Below, one piece after another: positions 50,917-59,325 of a DNA stretch of 64,000 bases. A program made the translations under genes and the position numbers. Position 1 is the stretch's first letter, and each line of letters begins with the position of its first letter. This DNA comes from Kyrpidia sp. (lineage in GTDB: Bacteria; Bacillota; Bacilli; Kyrpidiales; Kyrpidiaceae), in NCBI GenBank assembly GCA_029960885.1, contig JASBVV010000046.1, forward strand, positions 105,895 to 169,894, in the 5' to 3' direction. The notes beneath the pieces are model-generated. The model was not told the origin of the DNA. It saw only the letters and a program-made list of their open reading frames with translations, and ran no database searches.

Positions 50917-51636
50917 ATGCCCGTGAAGGCGGTGATTATGGCGGGCGGCCGGGGTCTTCGCCTGCGACCTCTCACCGACGTCCTGCCCAAACCCCTTCTA
51001 CCTCTGGACGGAGTCCCGATGGTGGAAATCCTGATCCGGCAGTTGGCGGCCGAGGGATTTGACGACATCGTGCTGACCGTCGGGTACCGGGCGGATCTTT
51101 TGCGGACCTATCTCGGCAACGGCGAACGGTTCGGAGCCCGCATCGGCTACATCCATGAAATCGAACCCCAGGGGACGGCGGGAAGCCTGCGCCAATTGAC
51201 CTGTCGCGAGCCTCTGTTGGTGGTCAACGGGGACATTCTGACCACCGCCCGGTTTCGGGAGATCGTCGCGAAGCATCGAGAATACGGGGCGGAACTCACC
51301 CTCGTCTCCTACCGGTCGGACATCGCCGTGGATTTTGGCGTGCTGCGGACAAAAGGCCGGCGGGTGGTCCGGGTGGATGAAAAGCCGACGCTCCCGGCCT
51401 TGGTCAACACCGGCATCTACGTGCTTTCCCCGTCCGCAGCGGCGTGCATTTCGAACGGTCCTTGCGATATGACCGACGTGATCGGCCGGCTGCTGGCCGA
51501 GCAGCGGCAGGTCTGCCACTTCCCTTTTGACGGGGTGTGGATCGACATCGGACGGATGGACGATTTTTACCGGGCACAAAGGCTGTTTGCGGCCGATCGA
51601 GGCCGCTTTCTGCCACCTCCGGAAAAAGGAGCGTGA
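50917..51636 (+). CDS. Sugar-1-phosphate nucleotidyltransferase
   Basis: MAGGRGLRLRPLT...PKPL, GTAGSL, NGD, EKP and WIDIG motifs. Confidence 0.9.
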   Translation: MPVKAVIMAGGRGLRLRPLTDVLPKPLLPLDGVPMVEILIRQLAAEGFDDIVLTVGYRADLLRTYLGNGERFGARIGYIHEIEPQGTAGSLRQLTCREPLLVVNGDILTTARFREIVAKHREYGAELTLVSYRSDIAVDFGVLRTKGRRVVRVDEKPTLPALVNTGIYVLSPSAAACISNGPCDMTDVIGRLLAEQRQVCHFPFDGVWIDIGRMDDFYRAQRLFAADRGRFLPPPEKGA

Positions 51637-52556
51637 ACGAAGTGAGCACCGTGTTGGTCACCGGAAGCCGGGGGACCCTCGGCAATCGGTTGGTTTCCGC
51701 TCTTCGGCAGGCGGGGCACGACGTGTGGCAGTGCGATCTGCTGCACACCGGAGAACCGCAGTATTTTCGCGCCGATGTCGGAAACCACCGGCAGTTGGAG
51801 AGGGTGTTCGAACCGGACTACGACTATGTGTACCATTTGGCGGCGGAATTCGGCCGGATCAACGGCGAGGAATATTACGACACCTTGTGGCAGACCAACG
51901 TGGTGGGAACCCGAAACATTCTGGAGTTTCAACGAAAGAAGGGATTTAAACTTATCTTCGCCAGCTCGTCGGAGATCTACGGACAAACCCGGGAGCTTCT
52001 CCTTGACGAAGACCTCCCCCTGCGGCGGCCGGTCATTCCGCACAACGACTACGCCATGACCAAATGGGTCAATGAAGTGCAAATCATGAACTTTGAGCGG
52101 CGGTACGGACTCCCGGTGATGCGCCTGCGGCTGTTCAACGCCTATGGCCCGGGCGAATATTACCATCCGTACCGCAGCGTGGTCTGCCTGTTTCTCTACC
52201 GCGCCCTGCACCGGCTTCCCTACACCGTGTACGAAGGATATCACCGGGTTTTCATGTACGTCGACGATCTCATCCTCACCTTGGTCCGGTGCGTCGATCG
52301 GTTTCGGCCCGGAGAAGTGTACAACATCGGGGGGCGGGAGTACCGCAGCGTTCACGAACTGAGCGACAAAATCCTGGCGTTGACCGGGGCTCCGCAGAGT
52401 CTGGTCACCTATCTGCCCGAGGACGTGCACAACACGGTGAACAAGCGTCCGGACATCGCCAAAGCCGTCCGGGATCTCGGCCACGACCCGAAGGTCACCC
52501 TGGACGAGGGCCTGCCCCTCACCCTGGCGTGGATGCGCGAGGTGTACCGGGTGTGA
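51633..52556 (+). CDS. NAD-dependent epimerase/dehydratase
   Basis: TGSRGTLG, HLAAE, SSSEIYG, YAMTK and FNAYGPGE motifs. Confidence 0.88.
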   Translation: MNEVSTVLVTGSRGTLGNRLVSALRQAGHDVWQCDLLHTGEPQYFRADVGNHRQLERVFEPDYDYVYHLAAEFGRINGEEYYDTLWQTNVVGTRNILEFQRKKGFKLIFASSSEIYGQTRELLLDEDLPLRRPVIPHNDYAMTKWVNEVQIMNFERRYGLPVMRLRLFNAYGPGEYYHPYRSVVCLFLYRALHRLPYTVYEGYHRVFMYVDDLILTLVRCVDRFRPGEVYNIGGREYRSVHELSDKILALTGAPQSLVTYLPEDVHNTVNKRPDIAKAVRDLGHDPKVTLDEGLPLTLAWMREVYRV

Positions 52557-53287
52557 CCGAGAGCGGAAACCCTGCGATCAGTGTGGTGGTTCCGGTCCAC
52601 AACCACGAGCGGTACATCTATGAATGTGTGGACAGCGTTCTTGCCCAGGACGGGATCCCTTCCCTGGAGGTGGTGGTGGTCGATGACGGGTCCACCGACC
52701 GAACCCCCAGGATCCTTCGGGCATTCGGCCGACGCATCCGGGTAATCCGGCAGTCCCGGGCGGGGACGGCGGCCGCCTTAAACCGGGGTTTTCAGACCGC
52801 CAGGGCGCCCTATGTATGCTGGCTGTCCTCGGACGACCGGTTTGAACCGGGGAAACTCTCCGCCCAATGGCAGTACATGACCGCCCATCCCCATCTCGCC
52901 ATGTGTTATACGTCATTTCACGTGATCGATCGACATGGTGTGCGGTCGTATACGGTGCAGTCACCCTACGATCCGGACCGGAATCGATTGTATACCCTGC
53001 TTTTGGGAGGGTGTTTCATCAACGGTTCCACGGTCATGATGCGAAAAGACGCCTTTCTTGAAATTGGAGGATTGGACCCCGCGCTGGTGCAGGGGCACGA
53101 CTACGACCTGTGGCTGCGTCTCCTGGAACAGTACGACATCGGTTTTCTTCCCGAACCCCTTCTCTCCTATCGGTGGCACGGGGCCAACATGAGCGCTGAT
53201 CCCGTCGCAAACCAGTATTACAGCGGACTGGTCATACAACGGGCCGCGCGGCGAAGACAAAGCCGGGCAGGAGGTGATCGATCGTGA
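52553..53287 (+). CDS. GT2-family glycosyltransferase
   Basis: SVVVPVHN, VDDGSTDRT, WLSSDD and DYDLWLR motifs. Confidence 0.9.
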   Translation: MTESGNPAISVVVPVHNHERYIYECVDSVLAQDGIPSLEVVVVDDGSTDRTPRILRAFGRRIRVIRQSRAGTAAALNRGFQTARAPYVCWLSSDDRFEPGKLSAQWQYMTAHPHLAMCYTSFHVIDRHGVRSYTVQSPYDPDRNRLYTLLLGGCFINGSTVMMRKDAFLEIGGLDPALVQGHDYDLWLRLLEQYDIGFLPEPLLSYRWHGANMSADPVANQYYSGLVIQRAARRRQSRAGGDRS

Positions 53288-54279
53288 ACATCGTCATTCC
53301 GGTGATGAGTCTACACCGGGGCGGAGGATGCCGGGTGATCACGGAGATGGCGAACGGCCTGCAGGCTTACGGGCATCAGGTGTCCATCGTGATGGTGGAA
53401 CATGGCCGGCTCGAGTATGACGTCCGTGTGCCGGTGATCCGGGTGCCGGACCTGACCCCGGAATCCCTTCCCCAAGCCGACGTGTTCATCCCCAATTTCT
53501 ACACCACGGTGATGCCCGCCTATCAGTCGCGCAAGGGCCGGGTGGTACGGCTGTCCAACGGATATGAGCCACTTTGGGTTCCCGACAAACAGGAGGCGGA
53601 ACAGACGTATCGGCTGCCGGTGCCCATTCTGGCGATTTCCCGGATCCTGCAGCGGCAAATCCGTCAGGCGACGGGCCGCCCCAGTTATCTGGTGCAGCCC
53701 GGAGTCGACTCTTCGGTCTTTCGTCGATATCCCGAGGTGCCCCGACGGCGGAACCGGATTTTCTTTATTTATCGGGCGGAGAGCCATGGATATTTTTACA
53801 AGGGATCCGCGGATTTCTTCCGGGCCATGGAGCGGGTGCACCAGGTCGTCCCTGACGTGGAATTGGTCATGGTCTCCACCGACCGGGTGGATATTCAAAC
53901 GGATCTGCCGTTTCAACTCGCGAAAGCGGACACCGACCGGGAGATGGCTCTGTTGTACGCCTCCAGCGATCTCTTCGTCTCCGCCTCTTGGTTTGAAGCG
54001 CTGTGTCTCCCCGCCCTGGAGGCGATGGCCTGCGGCACGCCGGTGGTGACCACCGACTCCGGAGGAGTTCGGGATTTTGCGGTGCCCGGCGAGAACTGCC
54101 TGATGGTTCCGCCCCGCTCTCCAGAACTCATGGCCCGGGCCATCCTCCGGGTTCTCGGCAATGATATTCTCCGCGAGCGTCTCCGGAGCGCAGGGCTTCG
54201 AACGGCCGCCCGCTGGACGTGGCAGCGATTCTACCGCCAGGTGGACGCCGCCTTGGCCAGTGCCCTGGCCGCTTCCTGA
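53284..54279 (+). CDS. GT4-family glycosyltransferase
   Basis: GGGCRV, YKG and EALCLPALEAMACG (EX7E) motifs. Confidence 0.9.
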   Translation: MNIVIPVMSLHRGGGCRVITEMANGLQAYGHQVSIVMVEHGRLEYDVRVPVIRVPDLTPESLPQADVFIPNFYTTVMPAYQSRKGRVVRLSNGYEPLWVPDKQEAEQTYRLPVPILAISRILQRQIRQATGRPSYLVQPGVDSSVFRRYPEVPRRRNRIFFIYRAESHGYFYKGSADFFRAMERVHQVVPDVELVMVSTDRVDIQTDLPFQLAKADTDREMALLYASSDLFVSASWFEALCLPALEAMACGTPVVTTDSGGVRDFAVPGENCLMVPPRSPELMARAILRVLGNDILRERLRSAGLRTAARWTWQRFYRQVDAALASALAAS

Positions 54280-55232
54280 TACAGCCGGCTCCAGTGAGCA
54301 TTGCGGACGGTCTCGAGGCCCCCGGCGATCAGGTGTTGGCGCAGGGTGTAATCGCTCAGCACCCGGACGATCAGCCTGGACAGCCGCTCGGGATCGCCGG
54401 GCGGCGCCAGGAGGGCGTTGTGGCCGGAGACGGCGATTTCGTCGACCCCGTCCCCGTAAACGCAGACCACCGGGGTGCCGCAGGCCATGGCTTCCAAGAC
54501 AGAGATCGGCGTTCGTTCCCCGCCGGCCGGATGCACGAACACGTCGGAGGTATTGTACAGGCCGGCCAACTGTTCATCGGTCAGCCTCCCGTGCAGCACC
54601 CACCCGTCTCCGGGCGGGCGGACGCCGCCCCGACATACGCCGTGGCATTGCAGCCCGGGCAGAATCCGCCTCGCCAGGTCCAGGGCGGCATACGCGGTCG
54701 CCAGTCCCCGAATCGGAAGGCCGGGGCCTTCCGGAGCAATGAACATGAGGACCTTTTGTGCGGGCCTCCGCTGCTGGAACTCAGGGCGGGGACGAAACAC
54801 CGACGGATCGATCCCCGGATGCAGCACCGAGGACATTTTGCCAAAATGGGCTTGAATGAGGGTTTTCAGCGATTCCGACACCGTCCAGACTACGGCGGCA
54901 TCCTGTAGAGCCCTCCTCGCCCGCTCCACATCGGCGGCGTAGGCCGGGTCGAATCGCCCGGCCAAGCGGATGACGCGGCCGCGCCCTGAAGAGAAGGCCG
55001 CATCAAAGGATTCGGCATCGGCCGCCACCGCCGCATCGGCGGGGGGCAGAGAGTCCGGCGACCCTCCCGCCATTCGGACCAGATGGCATCGAATCGGCCA
55101 ATCCACCGGCACATCCCCCGGCACCGCCACGGTGACCCGGTGGCCTGCGCTCTGAAGACCGTGAGCCAGCTCCACCACCGTCCGGGAATGGCCCCCGTGG
55201 GCCAGATCCCGAGCAAAGATCACAACCCTCAC
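54231..55232 (-). CDS. GT4-family glycosyltransferase (divergent paralogue)
   Basis: HGGHSR, HPGID and ERTPISVLEAMACG (EX7E) motifs; GTG start inferred from the RBS. Confidence 0.85.
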   Translation of the reverse strand: MRVVIFARDLAHGGHSRTVVELAHGLQSAGHRVTVAVPGDVPVDWPIRCHLVRMAGGSPDSLPPADAAVAADAESFDAAFSSGRGRVIRLAGRFDPAYAADVERARRALQDAAVVWTVSESLKTLIQAHFGKMSSVLHPGIDPSVFRPRPEFQQRRPAQKVLMFIAPEGPGLPIRGLATAYAALDLARRILPGLQCHGVCRGGVRPPGDGWVLHGRLTDEQLAGLYNTSDVFVHPAGGERTPISVLEAMACGTPVVCVYGDGVDEIAVSGHNALLAPPGDPERLSRLIVRVLSDYTLRQHLIAGGLETVRNAHWSRLYQEAARALAKAASTWR

Positions 55233-55447
55233 CGAGATCCCCCCCATCGGTTCTCGATCAACGTCCCCCCATCCAACCCCGGGACCGGCCGTCCTCCGCT
55301 CGGGCGACCCGCCACGGCGGAAGACGTTTCGTCGCTGTATGTGTACGCCGGATTCCGGGCTCCTGTGCAGGTTTCGGGCCCGGGAAGCTTGGCCAGACTG
55401 AACGGAGAGAACCATTCGGGGCCATGGGACGGAAGGTGAAAGATGAC

Positions 55448-56035
55448 ATGTCTTGGATCTGGTGGATCGTGGGCACGGTGGCCGCACCGGTGGTCCTGAC
55501 CGGGCTGGGGGTGGGCGGATTTGTCCTCTGGCGGTGGTGGCGCGGCTATATGTCCAGCTACAAATTCAAGTTTCACGACCCGAATGTCCCCTTGGACAAA
55601 AACGAAATCCGTCACAATTTCGAATTCATGATCGGTCTGGAAGTCGGGCAGGTAAAAATGTTTCGGTACCAGGCGGCCAAGCTTCGCCGGGCCAAGGCCG
55701 GCGATTACCTGGTCGCTTTCGTGGATGCGGCCGCCCGGATTGAGCACGTTCACGTGAGGCGCCTGCGGTCGCTCTATCGTGAACTGTTCGGTCGCGCGGC
55801 GCCCAGCCGGCTCGGTCATGCAGCGGGGTGGGTGACCATTCTCATGAGTGCGATGTTGCCCGAACGATGGATGGCCAAATGGGATGCCTGGTCAGAACAG
55901 TTGGCCATCGCGCATTACGAGCGCGTCGTCGCCCAGGCCCGGGAACCGGCGGTGCGCCGGATGTTTCTCGAACACGCCGCCGATGAACGGTCCCACCTGG
56001 AATTATTCAAAAAATGGGAGCTGCACGCCCAATGA
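55448..56035 (+). CDS. Membrane-anchored ferritin-like di-iron protein
   Basis: N-terminal TM; ligand pattern LEVGQ...IEHVH...SEQLAIAHY...DERSH. Confidence 0.7.
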   Translation: MSWIWWIVGTVAAPVVLTGLGVGGFVLWRWWRGYMSSYKFKFHDPNVPLDKNEIRHNFEFMIGLEVGQVKMFRYQAAKLRRAKAGDYLVAFVDAAARIEHVHVRRLRSLYRELFGRAAPSRLGHAAGWVTILMSAMLPERWMAKWDAWSEQLAIAHYERVVAQAREPAVRRMFLEHAADERSHLELFKKWELHAQ

Positions 56036-57507
56036 ACGGGTGGCCGGCTTTCCTGACCGCATCCTTGGCCGGCAGCGCCCTCAGCCTCCTGCTCGCCACC
56101 CTGATCCTGTGGCGGGGGGGCAGGCTTTTGCTCAACTTCCTCGCCGACCGCACGATGAACATCCTTTTAACCGATCCTTATCGCCATAATCTGTGGGAAT
56201 TCATCAGTGCCTCCCGCCGCTCCGGTCCCCAACTCCTCATTGAAAATTCCATGCGGGCCGCCACCGGCGAGGTGATCAAGCGGCCCATGGGATCTCCGAA
56301 ACCCTCGCCCCAGTTCGAGGCCATCTCCTTCACCCCCGCCCAGGTCAACCGGGCGGCGGCTCCGGGCATCACCGACCTCTCGGTGGTCATCGGTCCGAAA
56401 GCCGGACGTCCCTTGACCCTTCCCATCCCGATTGTGATCGGCGGCATGGGCTACGGTGTGGGCATCACCCGGGAAGTGTGGAGCGCACTTTTGGGCGGAG
56501 CGACGGCCATGGGCACGGTGGTGAACACCGGGGAAGGCACGGTGTCCCTCGAGGATGTCCGGGCGGCGGGAGGAAGATTTATCCTCCAATGGGGCCGGAC
56601 GCATTGGGCGAAACAACCGGACCTGTTACTGGCCTGCTCGGGAGTGGAAATCCATTTCGGGCAGGGGTCGTCGGCGGGCATGGGGATTCACATCCCTCCG
56701 GAAGAGTTGAAAGACGCCCGCACCCACATGAAACTGGGACCCCGGGAGTGGGGGCGCATCGGGGAGCGGTTTCCCGGCGTTCGTGGCATCGCCGATCTCG
56801 GGCGCATGGTCTCCCAACTTCGGGAAGCATCCGGCGGCGCCCCTATCGGCGGAAAAATTTCTCCCGGCGACGATATCGAAGCTTGTCTGGATACCCTGCT
56901 TCAGTGCGGCGCGGATTTCATCACCATCGACGGGGCCCAAGCCGGCACCAAGGGGAGCGAACCCATCATTGAGGACGATTTCGGCCTGCCGACCTTTTTC
57001 GCCCTGTGCCGGGCCCGGCACTATTTTGAGACCCGTCGGGTGAACGGCGTCAGTCTCATCGTTTCCGGCGGCCTGGCCACCCCGGGGCATTTTTTGAAAG
57101 CCATCGCCCTGGGGGCCACGGCCGTGGCCATTGGCACACCGGCGTTGTACGCCGTCACCCACGGCCAACTGCAAAGAGCGCTGCCGTTCGAACCGCCGAC
57201 CGAACTGGTGCTCATGACGGGCCGTCGAACCGGGGCCTTCGACCCTGTTGAGGGAGCCCGAGCCCTGGCGATGTACCTCAAATCCTGCGTGGATGAGATG
57301 GCAATGGGAATCCGGGCGATGGGCAAAGCCTCGCTCAAGGAGGTTTCCTCCGCCGACCTGTTCGCCCTGGACCCCGAAGTGGCCCGGGTGGCGGGCATTC
57401 GCTATGCCGGGGATGTCCGGGCGGATCTGTACCGGAGAAACCGATCCCGGGGACGGCGGCCCGGGACGGGTCCGCAACGGGGGGCGCGTTGGAGGGAGCG
57501 TTCATGA
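56032..57507 (+). CDS. FMN-binding glutamate-synthase-family protein (stand-alone, membrane-anchored)
   Basis: GGMGYG, NTGEG, EIHFGQG, ITIDGAQAGT, DDFGLP, SGGL and KAIALGA motifs; N-terminal hydrophobic helix. Confidence 0.85.
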   Translation: MNGWPAFLTASLAGSALSLLLATLILWRGGRLLLNFLADRTMNILLTDPYRHNLWEFISASRRSGPQLLIENSMRAATGEVIKRPMGSPKPSPQFEAISFTPAQVNRAAAPGITDLSVVIGPKAGRPLTLPIPIVIGGMGYGVGITREVWSALLGGATAMGTVVNTGEGTVSLEDVRAAGGRFILQWGRTHWAKQPDLLLACSGVEIHFGQGSSAGMGIHIPPEELKDARTHMKLGPREWGRIGERFPGVRGIADLGRMVSQLREASGGAPIGGKISPGDDIEACLDTLLQCGADFITIDGAQAGTKGSEPIIEDDFGLPTFFALCRARHYFETRRVNGVSLIVSGGLATPGHFLKAIALGATAVAIGTPALYAVTHGQLQRALPFEPPTELVLMTGRRTGAFDPVEGARALAMYLKSCVDEMAMGIRAMGKASLKEVSSADLFALDPEVARVAGIRYAGDVRADLYRRNRSRGRRPGTGPQRGARWRERS

Positions 57508-58022
57508 AAAAGAATCTGTGGCGAAACACCGTAAGACTCCGAAAGATGAGCACCCCGCAACCCGGCGGACCGCCCCTGATCACCCTGGATCAGGTGGCCA
57601 AGATCCGGCGCCGGCTGCCCCTGACCCCGGAGGAAACCCTGTACGCGCTGGCCCTGTCCGCCGATCTGCTGGAGCGCCTCATTCGGCGGCTCGACCGGCC
57701 GTTGAGCCGGGCTCGCAACAACGAGACCCGGCTCGGCTGGAACCGGATGAAGCAGCGCCTGGAAGCCCACCGGCGGCGGCTTCGCCGGCAGATGCGCCGC
57801 ATGGGCGAACCGAAGGTTCAGGTCCGCCCAACCCAAGCGCAGGTGTCCGAAACGTCTTGGAGCCATCTGTTCGCGTTGTATGAACGGCTGATCGACGGCA
57901 CCAAGGATGTCCGCCTCCGGGCGGTGCTGCTAGAAATCTGGGGCGAGACGGCGATCGGACACGGGTGGCTGGCCTCCTGGGCGGTGGACGTCGGGGATCT
58001 TGATCCGGATCTGGTTCGCTAA
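57504..58022 (+). CDS. Hypothetical basic helical protein (possible degenerate ferritin-like fold)
   Basis: ATGA overlap with the upstream gene and GGAGG RBS; LYERLIDGTKDVRLRAVLLEIWGETAIGH recalls ferritin-like helices. Confidence 0.6.
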   Translation: MKKNLWRNTVRLRKMSTPQPGGPPLITLDQVAKIRRRLPLTPEETLYALALSADLLERLIRRLDRPLSRARNNETRLGWNRMKQRLEAHRRRLRRQMRRMGEPKVQVRPTQAQVSETSWSHLFALYERLIDGTKDVRLRAVLLEIWGETAIGHGWLASWAVDVGDLDPDLVR

Positions 58023-58043
58023 AAGAGTTCATCCACACTTCCC

Positions 58044-58352
58044 TTATTGACCATTGAACACAATGATGACTGTGGTGGGGCGTCCGGGGATCGCCGAGCG
58101 AAACACAATCCGGGCATAACGAAGAAACAATCGCGGCACCAGAGCCACGGCGGCCTGGGGGGAGACGTCGGTGAACAGGCTGTCTTCAAGAAACGTCCCC
58201 TGGTCCGGGCTCACCTGCAAGCCCACCGTGGCCGGGTTGGTGCCGGAGTTGATCACGACAAAGGTATAGATTTCCAGACCGGCCAACTCGATAAAATTTG
58301 ATCCCTGCAGGTTATCCGTGGTGGTGTAGGTCTCGATCGATTGCCGAAACAT
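58044..58352 (-). CDS. Stand-alone DUF6385-like beta-domain protein
   Basis: YTFVVINSGTNPATVGLQVSPD...LVPRLFLRYARI is visibly homologous to the C-terminus of the 58650 protein. Confidence 0.7.
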   Translation of the reverse strand: MFRQSIETYTTTDNLQGSNFIELAGLEIYTFVVINSGTNPATVGLQVSPDQGTFLEDSLFTDVSPQAAVALVPRLFLRYARIVFRSAIPGRPTTVIIVFNGQ

Positions 58353-58649
58353 GGCAGGACCTCGTTTTCTTGACGGGAATCTGCTTCCCACTGTATGCGT
58401 CAAGGCGTGTCGGTGACCGGGCACTGCGGAATGTCGCCGTTCGCCGGCGAACTCGATGACGACTTCCGGGTGACTGCCCCATCCGTCGACCGGGTCAGCC
58501 ACATATTTTCACGCCCTTGGATTCCTGTCCAAGCCGTCGTGAATGCGCATCCGTATCCTTTCTAACAGTGGCGGCGAGAAAAGCCGGCCCACCTTCAGAG
58601 CGGCAGCCGAGCAAAAGAGCCGGCCCACACTCAGAAAGGATGATCAGAC

Positions 58650-59300
58650 TTGCCGAACTTTGCTGTTTTCAATCCCAATCCCGACGACCTGCGAGCGCTC
58701 ATTTTCGGTCAGGACAACACCAGCACCAGCCGGATTCTGGCCACCGACAGTTCCGGTAACCTGACCACCATCGCCCTGGGTGGGACCATTTCCAGCGTCC
58801 TGGGGACGACAGTCACCGCCGGCACCTTGACCAATCTGCTCGACGGCACCATCTCCGGCGTCCTGGGAGCCACCGTCACGGCGGGCACCCTGACCAATCT
58901 GCTGAACGGTACCATCTCCAGCGTCCTCGGTGCGACCGTCACCGCCGGTACCCTGAGCAGCGTCACCTCGGTTTCCCAGAAAAGTTTTGTCGAAGTGTCG
59001 TACCCGGGCACCCAAACCGCGGACACCTTCACGCCCCTCCCTCAGGTGACCACGGCCAACCTCGGCACCTATTCGTTTTTTGTGTATAACGCCGGCCCCA
59101 ACTCCGCCAACCTTCACGTGGAAATCAGCGCGGACAGCTCCCACTGGTATGTGGACCAACTGAGCACCGGTCTGGCCGCAGGGTCTGTGGATGTGCTGGT
59201 TCCAAGCCGTTTCCTGAAATACACCCGATTGTCCTACGCTTCGGCCACTGCCGGAGCACCGACCACCATCGACGTCTATTTCAACGCCCAGGGGACCTGA
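58650..59300 (+). CDS. Thr/Ser-rich repeat protein with a C-terminal DUF6385-like domain (candidate spore glycoprotein)
   Basis: TTG start after AAAGGA; MPNFAVFN N-terminus; 21-aa repeats; C-terminal YSFFVYNAGPNSANLHVEISAD...LVPSRFLKYTRLSY. Confidence 0.75.
   Translation: MPNFAVFNPNPDDLRALIFGQDNTSTSRILATDSSGNLTTIALGGTISSVLGTTVTAGTLTNLLDGTISGVLGATVTAGTLTNLLNGTISSVLGATVTAGTLSSVTSVSQKSFVEVSYPGTQTADTFTPLPQVTTANLGTYSFFVYNAGPNSANLHVEISADSSHWYVDQLSTGLAAGSVDVLVPSRFLKYTRLSYASATAGAPTTIDVYFNAQGT
58782..58955 (+). repeat. 63-bp (21-aa) tandem repeat, about 2.8 copies
   Basis: GTISSVLGTTVTAGTLTNLLD / GTISGVLGATVTAGTLTNLLN / GTISSVLGATVTAGTL. Confidence 0.92.
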
Positions 59301-59325
59301 TCCCCTGGGGCCCACACAAGGAGGG

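Noticed and set aside
49920-51636. Legionaminic acid pathway
   Set aside because: No aminotransferase, synthase or CMP-transferase in the window
56032-57507. Annotation as gltB
   Set aside because: Only the FMN barrel is present; no amidotransferase domain or Fe-S cysteines
58782-58955. 63-bp repeats as a CRISPR array
   Set aside because: In-frame coding repeats with no unique spacers and no cas genes
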